DNA of 64,000 nucleotides from Gammaproteobacteria bacterium (GCA_033852155.1 JAWSVA010000004.1:7830-71829); one strand, 5' to 3'; positions 19,514 to 29,617 are shown, counted from the stretch's first letter. Notes: a model not told the origin generated them from the sequence alone. Numbers and translations: made by a program.

Positions 19514-22258
19514 TCACTCCCCAATCATCTCCAATAACTCTATGGCCTCTTGCCTAATTTTTGTATTGAATGATTTACCATTTATTGAATCTTTTAATAC
19601 GTCTCGCGCAGTGATCTCATCGCCATTTGCAATTAGTGCCTGCGCATAATGCAACGCAATCTCCTGATCCCCTTTTCTTTTTCTATGCGCCACAACCAAC
19701 TTATCCAATGCTTCTTTAACTTTTCCAGCCTTAAGCAATATAACCCCATATGTATCAATTATCTCTGGTTGATTCTGAGCTAACAAATATGCTTTTTGCG
19801 CATATTCTAAAGCCAATTGAAAATCGTCCTCAATTGATATGAATGCTAAATTATTCAGTGCCAATATATGATTAGGAGCATCTTGCAATATATTTTTAAA
19901 TTCAATTTTAGCTTTTTCAACCATACCTGACTGCAACAAGGAATCTGCTAATATATACCTAACTGCAATATCTCTTGGATTATTCTCCAACCACTTTTGC
20001 AGTACATCAATTCCTTTTCCAGCCTCTTTTATAGTGTAATAAGCCTTTGCTAACTGAACTGCTGCCTTGGGTGATTTGCTTATTGATAAAGCTTGCTCAT
20101 AATAACTTATTGCAGCTTCACTATCCCCTGTTGCAAACTTATACCTACCAAGTAAAACTAGTTTATCTGCATTATTTCCAACCTTTCCAATATCTGCAAT
20201 GAGCTTACCAGCTTTTTTGATTTCACCTTCAGTAATATATATATGGGCTAAACTCAGCTTCGATGGAATATGATTTGGGTTTTCCCTTAAAGCCTTTTTA
20301 ATGTTCAATTTGGCCCTTCGAGAATCCCCCACCCTTTCATAAACCTTTGCCAATAAATAGTACGCTATTGGTGAATTAGGTTGAGCCCCTATCATCTTTC
20401 CATAAGCTGACACGGCACTTGCTGGCGCATTCATAGCAAGATATATATCACCTAAAAACTTTAAAGCAAAAACATTATCAAGATTTAATTGTGGTGGCTT
20501 TCGAAGCACTTCTAAGGCACTAAATGGATCTCTGGATTGTATAAAAAAATTAGCCAAAGCTAATCTTGCCTCTAGCGACTCTGGATAGATTTTAACCCAT
20601 GTTTGCAGATATCCCATCGCGCTATCAAGCCTGCCAGACTTTGCTGCCAAATTCGCAATCTGAGGCAAAATAAGAGGGTGATTTGAAAACTTTTCAAGAC
20701 AATTTAAAAAGACTTTTTCAGCCTCTTGCACCTTATTTTGCTTAACCAACATCTTACCTAGGTGCAGGGTTGCCAGAGGATCCGCTATTCTGTTTTGTAA
20801 CGCGATCAAAAACGATCTCTCTGCCTCTTCATATTTATTGTTTTTTACAAACACCATCCCATTTAAAGTATGAGGTAAGGCGCTTTCAGGAAGTGCATTA
20901 GCAAACTTTGCAGCTTCATCACTGGCTTCTGATAATTTTTCTACCCTGATATAAGCCAATATTAATAATATCTGCGTCTGAATATTTTCTGGATATTCGC
21001 CAATTATAGACTCAAGGGTAGCTTGTTCCGAAACTGCGCCAATAAAATTAGATTGGCCATCAAGATCCCATTGAAGCATAAATGCTTTTTGCAATATTGG
21101 AACAGCATCATTTATCTCACCAAGCCCCATAAGTATTTTGCCATATATAAGTACAACAGAAGGGTCTTCAGGTAACTTCTCAATAACTGGTTTTATTACC
21201 AGTTTTGCTTGCTCTAACTTATTTGCTTTTACCAAAACCTTAGTTAAAATTTTTCTGGCATGATAATTATCTGGATTCTTGACTATAACTTTATTTAGAT
21301 TCTTTTCTGCCTGCTCTAGATTCCCAAGTTCAAAATACACCCCGCCTAAAAAAAGCCAGGTCTCTATTGAGTCTGGAGCAGATTTTAATGAACTTTCAAA
21401 AAAATCTTTTGCATCGATGAAGTTTCCTTTGCGCATTGACAAAAGGCCCTTAGCAAAAAAATACGTGGGGTGATCAAGGATCTTATTTTTAATTTGGGCT
21501 AAATCTAATTCAGCTTTTTCGAGCTCATTTATTCTAATTCTAAGTAAGGCGCGATGCATATAGGCTGTTAATGACAACCCCTCATTATTATCAATTACAA
21601 CCGAATATGATTTTTCAGCTTCTTCATATATTTTTAACCTGCTTTCAACTCTACCTTTTAATAACCAGGCACTATAGTGCTCTGGATATTTAACTACAGT
21701 TTCCTCAAGAAGTTTCTGTGCTGTTTTATAATTCCCCTGATAAACACTGTATTTGATTTGGACCATTTGAATTGAAAGATTTTCAGCATCTAACCCAATA
21801 CCCATTTCAATATAAGTATAGGCCTTACCCCCTTCACCTAGTCCCATATGTGCTTCAGCCATTGCAGCATAAACATTTGCTCTTAGCTTTGTGCTGAAGC
21901 TTTCACTTATCTCTATCTCGTCAATAACCTTTCTATACTCACCCTGTTTTAGAAGGGTCTGCATTAAGGCTGGATAAATTGCTTTTTTGTCAACACCAAG
22001 CTGCAAAGCAGCCTTTAATTCTTTTTCCGAGCTTTCCCACTTAGCAAGATCATTGTATATAAGACCTAATAACCACCTGGCTTCTGCATTTTTAGAGTTA
22101 AACTTCAGCGCATTTTTTAATTCAATTACGCTTGATTCAAGATCTCCCTGCTGTTGAAACCCTTTTGCCTTTCTAATATATTCGATATCAGACAGCTGTT
22201 TTTCCCCACATGATGTTAACAAAATGATTGCCAACATTATTGATGCAATTATTTTCAT
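19514..22258 (-). CDS. prsT: PEP-CTERM-system TPR-repeat lipoprotein (PrsT type)
   Basis: 914 aa. The lipoprotein signal is MKIIASIMLAIILLTSCGE. The protein is almost entirely TPR repeats. It lies adjacent to the PEP-CTERM gene. Confidence 0.75.
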   Translation of the reverse strand: MKIIASIMLAIILLTSCGEKQLSDIEYIRKAKGFQQQGDLESSVIELKNALKFNSKNAEARWLLGLIYNDLAKWESSEKELKAALQLGVDKKAIYPALMQTLLKQGEYRKVIDEIEISESFSTKLRANVYAAMAEAHMGLGEGGKAYTYIEMGIGLDAENLSIQMVQIKYSVYQGNYKTAQKLLEETVVKYPEHYSAWLLKGRVESRLKIYEEAEKSYSVVIDNNEGLSLTAYMHRALLRIRINELEKAELDLAQIKNKILDHPTYFFAKGLLSMRKGNFIDAKDFFESSLKSAPDSIETWLFLGGVYFELGNLEQAEKNLNKVIVKNPDNYHARKILTKVLVKANKLEQAKLVIKPVIEKLPEDPSVVLIYGKILMGLGEINDAVPILQKAFMLQWDLDGQSNFIGAVSEQATLESIIGEYPENIQTQILLILAYIRVEKLSEASDEAAKFANALPESALPHTLNGMVFVKNNKYEEAERSFLIALQNRIADPLATLHLGKMLVKQNKVQEAEKVFLNCLEKFSNHPLILPQIANLAAKSGRLDSAMGYLQTWVKIYPESLEARLALANFFIQSRDPFSALEVLRKPPQLNLDNVFALKFLGDIYLAMNAPASAVSAYGKMIGAQPNSPIAYYLLAKVYERVGDSRRAKLNIKKALRENPNHIPSKLSLAHIYITEGEIKKAGKLIADIGKVGNNADKLVLLGRYKFATGDSEAAISYYEQALSISKSPKAAVQLAKAYYTIKEAGKGIDVLQKWLENNPRDIAVRYILADSLLQSGMVEKAKIEFKNILQDAPNHILALNNLAFISIEDDFQLALEYAQKAYLLAQNQPEIIDTYGVILLKAGKVKEALDKLVVAHRKRKGDQEIALHYAQALIANGDEITARDVLKDSINGKSFNTKIRQEAIELLEMIGE

Positions 22259-22365
22259 GCACTACTTTCCAAGGTTTTATTAATTAATTTAAAAGGTCTG
22301 CCGACCAAACCTATAAAAGAATTTGTTTATGCATACAACATTTTCACTTTAATAAGGCTAAGTAT

Positions 22366-23175
22366 TTATTCAACAACAAAAGTAACTGAAGCAACCTCGC
22401 TCCCGCCCTTGCTATCAAACATCCTTAAATCATACTTACCTTTATATAAATATACCGTAAATACCATAATCCCATTTATTCGGCTATCTATCGTATACTT
22501 TTCCAAATCATGTTTATCATTTAGTTTTTCATCATCGTGCGGTACTGATGAACGTATCAAACCAATCCAAGCATTCTTTCTAAACCATTTTGGAGCTGAA
22601 AACTTAACCTTTATCGCTTCGCCAGTTTTATATTTTTTCTTATTTAGCTCTAGACTACCGCTTGATTCTTTAACCATAAAAGAAACATAAACAACTTCTT
22701 TTCCCATTTCGCTGTCATGCATTCTTATATCATATTTACCATATTTTAATGGTGCCGGAAAAAGCATTGTGCCTTTAGTTTTCCTATCCAAGTATTGATA
22801 AGTTAGCGCATGTAGATCATTTTCTTCTGCCTTACCATGCTTAATATTTGAAGGTATAATTCCTAACCAAGCATTTTCTCCATATCTTTTTGATGCTCTA
22901 AATGAAACTTTAATCTTTTCTCCTGGAGCATAAAGAGTCTTATTAATATATATTTTTGGTTTGAAAGTTTTTTTACTACTATTGCTATTGTTTTGTGCGT
23001 TACTTCTTATTATTTTATCCTGCTCTCTATCCTCAATTTCTTTATTTTGTTGCGTAACAAATTCAGGAGCGCTTCTAGCTGAAGCTGGCCGTCCCACTTC
23101 AGCGTTTACATTCCTCATAGACCCTAATAGCCCAACAGCTATAGTAAACGAGAGTATTAATCCAAAAAACCTCAT
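22366..23175 (-). CDS. Secreted protein of unknown function made of two tandem ~90 aa repeat domains.
   Basis: 269 aa with the signal peptide MRFFGLILSFTIAVGLLGSMRNVNA. It carries an internal duplication with the pattern GE-IKV-F-A-K...NAW(L/I)G(I/L)I...KGKYD(I/L)RM-DS...V-F-V-E. It is the first gene of the EPS gene string. Confidence 0.6.
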   Translation of the reverse strand: MRFFGLILSFTIAVGLLGSMRNVNAEVGRPASARSAPEFVTQQNKEIEDREQDKIIRSNAQNNSNSSKKTFKPKIYINKTLYAPGEKIKVSFRASKRYGENAWLGIIPSNIKHGKAEENDLHALTYQYLDRKTKGTMLFPAPLKYGKYDIRMHDSEMGKEVVYVSFMVKESSGSLELNKKKYKTGEAIKVKFSAPKWFRKNAWIGLIRSSVPHDDEKLNDKHDLEKYTIDSRINGIMVFTVYLYKGKYDLRMFDSKGGSEVASVTFVVE

Positions 23176-23365
23176 GTTTTGCCCTATTCATTTTTATGAT
23201 TCTTACCATCAAGATATGCGAAATCATATGTTTTTACAAAGATCTACCACACATATTTATAACTTTATTCTAGAATATGACACAAAAACCACCAATCAAC
23301 AGCCAGAATGCTCATAAAATACTCAGACTAAGCTTTAATAACCAACGATTGGTGGTAGGTTTTAA

Positions 23366-24415
23366 TTAAGCGATGGTTATGTCTTTTGAAAGATAAACAT
23401 CTTGAATCGCGTTAAGAATCTCAACACCTTCTTGCATTGGTCTTTGAAATGCTTTTCTACCGGAAATAAGTCCCATGCCACCAGCTCTTTTGTTGATTAC
23501 AGCTGTGCGAACCGCTTGCTCCAGGTCATTTTCACCAGAGCCACCACCAGAGTTAATAAGTCCCGCTCTGCCCATATAGCAGTTAGCCACTTGATATCTA
23601 GTTAAGTCAATCGGGTGATCAGTTGTTAGTTCGCTATAAACTTTCTCATGAGTTTTACCAAACTTAATAGCGTTATAGCCCCCATTATTCTCAGGCTGCT
23701 TTTGCTTTACTATGTCGGCATTAATAGTCGCAGCAAGATGATTTGCCTGCCCGGTTAAATCAGCAGAAACATGATAATCAACACCATCTTTTTCAAACGC
23801 TGGATTACGCAGATATGCCCACAAAATAGTGACCAGTCCAAGTTCGTGAGCATAAGCAAAAGCATCGCTTACTTCTTGAATTTGACGACGGCAATCTTCA
23901 GATCCGAAATAAATAGTTGCGCCGACTGCTGTAGCACCCATATCAAACGCCTGCTGCACTGATGCGAACATAGTTTGTTCATATTTTGCAGGGTAGGTCA
24001 AAACCTCATTATGATTTAGCTTTAGAATAAATGGGATTTTATGCGCATATCTTCTTGCAATTGAGCTCATACCACCAAGCGTTGAACAGACAGCATTACA
24101 GCCACCTTCAATAGCTAACTTGATAATATTCTCTGGATCAAAATAGATTGGGTTCGGAGCAAAAGATGCACCCGCAGAATGCTCAATACCTTGATCTACT
24201 GGAAGGATAGAAAGATAACCTGTTCCACCTAATCTACCAGTATCAAACATCTGCTGCATATTTCTTAAAACAACTGGCTTTCTGTCATTTTGAGAAAATA
24301 TGTCGTCGATATAGTTTTTACCTGGAAGGTGAAGTGTATCTTTTGGAATACCGGTACAGGTATAATCAAGTAAGGTTTCAGCTTCAGATCCTAATAGTTT
24401 TTCAATTGTTGTCAT
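23366..24415 (-). CDS. fbaB: Class I fructose-bisphosphate aldolase (DhnA/FbaB type)
   Basis: 349 aa. It is collinear with E. coli FbaB, for example [37 protein letters not shown] and [19 protein letters not shown]. Confidence 0.9.
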   Translation of the reverse strand: MTTIEKLLGSEAETLLDYTCTGIPKDTLHLPGKNYIDDIFSQNDRKPVVLRNMQQMFDTGRLGGTGYLSILPVDQGIEHSAGASFAPNPIYFDPENIIKLAIEGGCNAVCSTLGGMSSIARRYAHKIPFILKLNHNEVLTYPAKYEQTMFASVQQAFDMGATAVGATIYFGSEDCRRQIQEVSDAFAYAHELGLVTILWAYLRNPAFEKDGVDYHVSADLTGQANHLAATINADIVKQKQPENNGGYNAIKFGKTHEKVYSELTTDHPIDLTRYQVANCYMGRAGLINSGGGSGENDLEQAVRTAVINKRAGGMGLISGRKAFQRPMQEGVEILNAIQDVYLSKDITIA

Positions 24416-24804
24416 CTTTCTTTTCCTTTAAAGCCAGATTCAAATATTTTTCTGATACAAAGTGCTGAGCACTTTAATATATTTCCAATCTATAAATATC
24501 ATTTTCTCGGCATCTTAACCTGCAATTAACAGTCTAAAGTTGTTAATTATGCGTCAAAATACCGAAAAATGAGTGAGCAGGATTATAGTGTTTTTTTATC
24601 TGTTAATCACGTAAAAGACTGTAATTTTAGATTTTTCACTTCTCTATGTATAAAACACTATTTTAAATAGCTGCTGTTCGTCGGGAAAAGCAACCATAGT
24701 TTATATATGTGATATTTTTCACAGCTACTATTTTCTCAATATTCTATATTCCATATTGATGAATATTTTAAAGTTGGATATACCATTTTTTTGGGAAAAC
24801 ATAT

Positions 24805-27180
24805 ATGTCGCCTGGACAAAAAGTTGTTTACATAGATAAAGCAAGATCCGAAAAAGCAAGCGGAAATACGCCGTATGCTATTTTCAAAGCAATCCATAAA
24901 CTTTTAATCGACAAAATCAATGTTTCTGTTAATCAGGTTTTTAGTGCTATAGATGACTCTTTATTCACTTTAGCTGAGAAGGCTACAACATCACATGATA
25001 ATCAAGATTATTTTGCGTCTATGCGTGATGTCAGATGCAAGAAAACAGAGGCTATTGGTAAATATTGTCAGTTTATTACCCATGCTAACCAATGTTTTCT
25101 TTCTAATAGTGAAGATGATTGTAAGCAACTTGCTGGTCAGGTTAACTCAAATGATGATTTTTCACTTCTAGAGCATAATCAACTAGAACTAACCCTGGCT
25201 CTTGAAAATATCATCTCAAAAGCAAACTTACGTTCTTCAAAAGATATTGCTGCAATTGAAGCCAGGCTTGGCGAACTTTTTCCAAATAAATTTATTGATG
25301 AAGAAACCAATCCACTAAGTCCTAAAAACCTAACGACGCTTTTCTTTAACGCATGCAGAGATTTTGATGTTGATGGCCAATCTGAGCTAGTTATATATAA
25401 ACAATTTGATAAAGTTATCGCATCAGATTTTCAGGAGCTCTACATAAATATAAACGAGCTGTTTGTAAAAAATGGAGTGTTGCCAGACTTAAAGGGTATA
25501 CAGCAAAAAAAAGACAGTCCGAATACACCAGATAGCCAAAAGAAACCTACCTCTTCAGGGGCAAAAAGTGAATCAGAACCTCTATCAGGTGATGATGAAG
25601 ACTTAATAAATGTTCTGTACGAACTTCTTGCTCAGCGCCGAGGTGGAGAAACCTCTACTGGCTCTAATGGCTCAACAGAGAACACTTCAGGAAGTGGCGT
25701 TCAGCCATCAGCGTTAATCCAATCTCTATCCACCATACAAACAGAGAGATTTCATTCTCAGCATAATGGCATTGACTCTTCAGATAGTATTAAAAACTTT
25801 ATTTCTCATAACATTGAACATGCTGCCAAACATGGGTCATCTATTGCATTTAGTCAGATCCAGAATGATACGATCGACATAACTAGTATGCTATTCGAAT
25901 TTATTCTCGGTGATTCAAATATACCGGATAACATCAAGGCATTAATTGGACGTTTACAGATTCCTGTACTAAAAGTAGCTGTTATCGATAAAACATTCTT
26001 TAATCGAGCAAACCATCCAGCTAGAGCTTTGATAAATGAACTTGCTGGCGCTGCAATTGGAGTGCAATCTGAATCCCTTGCCTCAAAAGACCAACTGCTT
26101 CAAAAAACTGAGGTCATTGTTAATAAAATATTAACTGAATTCACAGATAACGTATCAATTTTTGAAGAAATATTGTTGGATTTTAGAGACTTCTTACTTT
26201 TAGAGCAAAAACGTTTCGAAGCGATTGAAAAGAAGACTAGAGATGCCGAGAAAAGTAAAGTTAAGGTTGAAAATGCCAAGGCGCTTGTGCATACAGAGAC
26301 CTCAAAAAGGATTGAAGATGTAATATTACCTGATTCAATATCCCACCTTATTTCTGATGTTTGGTCAAAGTTCCTCTTTATCTCTTATCTTAAAGAAGGC
26401 GAAGATAGCGAAATCTGGGCAAAAGGACTAAGTACAATTGACACCCTTATTTGGTCATTAACTCCGAAAGATACGGAAGATGGAAAAATAAAGTTATTAT
26501 CCATCATTCCAAAAGTTCAAAGAGAGCTGCGCGAAGGCCTAAACAGCATTCTGTTCAACCCTTTTGAAATAACAAAAATATTCCAAGACCTTGAATCAAA
26601 ACACATCAACAGCCTGACAATAACGAATGATCTTATTGCTGGCATTACAAAGCCAGAAGAAGATCTTGATGATTTCATAGATCCTCAGCCTGCTCCAACA
26701 AAAGAACAAAATAGTATTCGCGAAGCACTACATACATTAAGGATGGATGCTCACACCAAGAAAACACTTAAAGAAGAAAAACCAACTAAAAAACATAGTA
26801 GTGTTGCAACGAAAACAGCAAAAACTGAACCTATAGCTACTGACACTAAAGATAACAAAAAAATTATTGAACAGGCCCCATTACTTAAAGAAGTGAATGG
26901 AATTGAAATTGGTACATGGTTTGAATTTATACAGGGCGATAACGAAAAAATTAGAGCAAAGCTTTCGGCCAGGCTAAGAAATGGAGAGCGTCTAATATTT
27001 GTTAACCGCAGCGGTTTCAAAATGGCAGAAAAGTCATCAGAACAACTTGCTCATGAAATTGAGATCGGATTAACCACTATTCTTAATGATTCATTATTAT
27101 TTGACCGTGCTTTAGAATCAGTCATTACTGATCTCAAAGAGATCAAAAATTCCAGAGATAAAATTCACCCTCTAAGGTAA
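24805..27180 (+). CDS. Large acidic cytoplasmic hypothetical protein, possibly DUF1631-like.
   Basis: 791 aa with no TM segments. A central S/T/G-rich low-complexity linker is present. The conserved-looking C-terminal region includes IGTWFEF...RAKLSARLRNGERLIFVNRSGFK. Family assignment is from memory only. Confidence 0.45.
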   Translation: MSPGQKVVYIDKARSEKASGNTPYAIFKAIHKLLIDKINVSVNQVFSAIDDSLFTLAEKATTSHDNQDYFASMRDVRCKKTEAIGKYCQFITHANQCFLSNSEDDCKQLAGQVNSNDDFSLLEHNQLELTLALENIISKANLRSSKDIAAIEARLGELFPNKFIDEETNPLSPKNLTTLFFNACRDFDVDGQSELVIYKQFDKVIASDFQELYININELFVKNGVLPDLKGIQQKKDSPNTPDSQKKPTSSGAKSESEPLSGDDEDLINVLYELLAQRRGGETSTGSNGSTENTSGSGVQPSALIQSLSTIQTERFHSQHNGIDSSDSIKNFISHNIEHAAKHGSSIAFSQIQNDTIDITSMLFEFILGDSNIPDNIKALIGRLQIPVLKVAVIDKTFFNRANHPARALINELAGAAIGVQSESLASKDQLLQKTEVIVNKILTEFTDNVSIFEEILLDFRDFLLLEQKRFEAIEKKTRDAEKSKVKVENAKALVHTETSKRIEDVILPDSISHLISDVWSKFLFISYLKEGEDSEIWAKGLSTIDTLIWSLTPKDTEDGKIKLLSIIPKVQRELREGLNSILFNPFEITKIFQDLESKHINSLTITNDLIAGITKPEEDLDDFIDPQPAPTKEQNSIREALHTLRMDAHTKKTLKEEKPTKKHSSVATKTAKTEPIATDTKDNKKIIEQAPLLKEVNGIEIGTWFEFIQGDNEKIRAKLSARLRNGERLIFVNRSGFKMAEKSSEQLAHEIEIGLTTILNDSLLFDRALESVITDLKEIKNSRDKIHPLR

Positions 27181-27547
27181 TGCAGTAAGAAACACCACTT
27201 ATCACATCACAAACAACAAACCCACCTTTAACCCAATAACACCTTGATATTAAAGCAACTATTTCCACAGCAATTCAATAAAACCCTAAAGACATCACTG
27301 TAAAACACTCTAATAAATCAATCTCTTTTCCTATGTAGCTACTATACAGTGGCAATCCAATCATTTGGTCCATCACTATTTTTATGATACTTTCTGATAA
27401 ACTAAATAGATCTAAAAATTTAATCTTTATTAGCACCACAAGACACAATTTTAATAGTAAAATTGAAGGATTTGGAGTAGTCAGATCATCACTTGAAACC
27501 GCGCTTTAAATAATCCAATTTTATATCACTTTTAGCAAGGGTAAGAG

Positions 27548-28315
27548 ATGAAGAAATTATACTCATGGAATGTTAATGGAATAAGGGCCTGCCAAAAGAA
27601 AGGGTTAATAGACTGGATCAAAAATGAATCTCCTGACGTATTAGCTATTCAGGAAACCAAGGCTCAAGTTGATCAGCTTGATGATGAACTTATTAACATT
27701 AGTGGTTATAACAGCTATTGGCTTTCAGCCCAAAAAAAAGGTTACAGTGGTGTAGCGATCTATAGCAAAGATGAACCAAACAGCATTGAGTATATGGGCG
27801 AAGATGAGTTCGATAATGAAGGTAGGACCATTATTGCCCACTACGATACTTTCACTCTTATCAACTGCTACTTTCCTAACTCTCAGTCAGAAGGAGCACG
27901 GATTGATTACAAACTAGATTTTTGTAATCAGATACAAGGTATTTGCAATAAATTAGTTACATCAGGTAAAAATGTCGTTCTATGCGGAGACTACAACGTA
28001 GCCCATACCGCAATTGACCTAAAGAATCCAAAAACCAATCAAAAAAACCCTGGGTACCTACCTGAAGAAAGAGAATGGATGGGGAAATTTCTTGAAGATG
28101 GCTACACAGATACATTCAGACAATTCCACCCTGATGAGCCAGGTCATTACAGCTGGTGGTCATATAGATTTCAAGCAAGAGCCAAAGATGCTGGCTGGAG
28201 AATTGACTACTTCTGCGTCAATGATTCATACACTGAAAATGTAGTAGAGGCCAAAATTCATAAAGATGTAATGGGGTCGGATCATTGCCCGGTTAGCATC
28301 GTCATTAATGAGTGA
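27548..28315 (+). CDS. xthA: Exodeoxyribonuclease III
   Basis: 255 aa. The N-terminal SWNVNGIRA...IQETK motif, the internal GDYNVAH motif and the C-terminal MGSDHCPV motif match the ExoIII/APE1 family. Confidence 0.9.
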   Translation: MKKLYSWNVNGIRACQKKGLIDWIKNESPDVLAIQETKAQVDQLDDELINISGYNSYWLSAQKKGYSGVAIYSKDEPNSIEYMGEDEFDNEGRTIIAHYDTFTLINCYFPNSQSEGARIDYKLDFCNQIQGICNKLVTSGKNVVLCGDYNVAHTAIDLKNPKTNQKNPGYLPEEREWMGKFLEDGYTDTFRQFHPDEPGHYSWWSYRFQARAKDAGWRIDYFCVNDSYTENVVEAKIHKDVMGSDHCPVSIVINE

Positions 28316-28336
28316 ATTTTACACCCAATCTGAATA

Positions 28337-28374
28337 TAAAAAGCCGAATAAACTTAGTCTATTCGGCTTTTTTG
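28337..28374. terminator. Bidirectional rho-independent terminator between the convergent genes xthA and sspB.
   Basis: The hairpin aagccgaat-(11 nt loop)-attcggctt is flanked by an A-run and a T-run. Confidence 0.6.
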
Positions 28375-28390
28375 ATAACAGAGGAAAACC

Positions 28391-28798
28391 TTATTTTACA
28401 ACGGTAAGATTTGGTTTCTTTGGCTTAGGCTTATCACCACCACCATCTGGGTTTTCAGGTTCATCTGCGTGCTTAGCAACTGAAACATTTTCAATGTCAC
28501 CGAAAAACATCCCCTGGCCATTTTCACGAGCGTAAATTGCGAAAACATGAAATGTTGGAACCTGAACCTGCATCGGGTTACCGCTAAATCTTGCAGAAAA
28601 ATTGATATAGTCATTACCTAAATCAAGATCCCTTATAGATGAAGGGGCTATATTCAGAACCAGTTTTCCATCTTCAGCAAACTCTAAAGGGGCAAGAATA
28701 CCATCCCCAGTAGCATCTACCAGAATATAAGGGGTCCAATTATTATCAACAATCCATTGATAGTATGCCCTTATTAGGTATGGACGATTAGGTATCAT
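28391..28798 (-). CDS. sspB: ClpXP adaptor, stringent starvation protein B
   Basis: 135 aa. MIPNRPYLIRAYYQWIVDNNWTPYILVD is near-identical to SspB N-termini. sspA lies upstream. Confidence 0.9.
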   Translation of the reverse strand: MIPNRPYLIRAYYQWIVDNNWTPYILVDATGDGILAPLEFAEDGKLVLNIAPSSIRDLDLGNDYINFSARFSGNPMQVQVPTFHVFAIYARENGQGMFFGDIENVSVAKHADEPENPDGGGDKPKPKKPNLTVVK

Positions 28799-28885
28799 AA
28801 TAATTCCTTAATATTTGCACTCTGCCAAAATCATTAATAATTCACAATGATAATTATCAGATATATTAACAACCCGTATGAGGCA

Positions 28886-29515
28886 CTATAGTCCGCGAAT
28901 CTCTTTTTCTGCTTCAGTAAGACTTTCTTGGAAAGCTTCTCTGGCAAAAACGCGATCAGCGTACTCTTCAATCACAGCACCTTCAACAGGAAGATCAATT
29001 CCATATTTCGGTAGGCGCCATAACAATGGTGCAATTGTCGCATCCATAACTGTAAAATCATCACTAAGGAAGAATTTTCTTGATGCGAACACATCAGCGC
29101 TGGATATTAATGCCTCTTTAAGACCTTTTTTAGCCTTACTGATTTTTCTGTCACTTCCATTCTCAAGATCATCAACAAAAACATAAAGATCAGAAAGTAT
29201 ACGACAAACAGCTAAGCGACACTGAGCCCTTGAAACAGGATCAACAGGCATCAAAGGAGGATGAGGAAAACGTTCATCAAGATATTCAATCATCACTTGA
29301 GGATCGTATAAAACCAAATCTCTATCAACAAGAGTTGGTACCGATCCATACGGATTAAGAGCCAGAAGGTCTTCAGAAGGAGCCTCTTCAGAAGTCATTT
29401 CAACATCAACACCAATCCCTTTCTCGCCTAAAACAATACGTACGCGGTGACTATGAACACACATAGGACCAGTAAATAAAGTCATCACTGACCTTTTTCC
29501 TGTAACAGCAGCCAT
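28886..29515 (-). CDS. sspA: Stringent starvation protein A (GST-like)
   Basis: 209 aa. The region MTLF.G....SH.VRIVL.EKG...V is collinear with SspA. Confidence 0.9.
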   Translation of the reverse strand: MAAVTGKRSVMTLFTGPMCVHSHRVRIVLGEKGIGVDVEMTSEEAPSEDLLALNPYGSVPTLVDRDLVLYDPQVMIEYLDERFPHPPLMPVDPVSRAQCRLAVCRILSDLYVFVDDLENGSDRKISKAKKGLKEALISSADVFASRKFFLSDDFTVMDATIAPLLWRLPKYGIDLPVEGAVIEEYADRVFAREAFQESLTEAEKEIRGL

Positions 29516-29617
29516 TTTATCTCCAAAACAGAATAACTAGAATTTAGCAGCAGATAATCCACTAAAACCGACAAAAGGTCAAGCTTTTTATGAAAATCCC
29601 TTTATATTTCAACAGCT

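Noticed and set aside
26880-27060. PilZ-like c-di-GMP switch in the C-terminus of the 791-aa protein.
   Set aside because: RxxxR-like and N-R-S-G stretches are present. However, the spacing and the second motif (NxSG rather than D/NxSxxG) do not fit PilZ.
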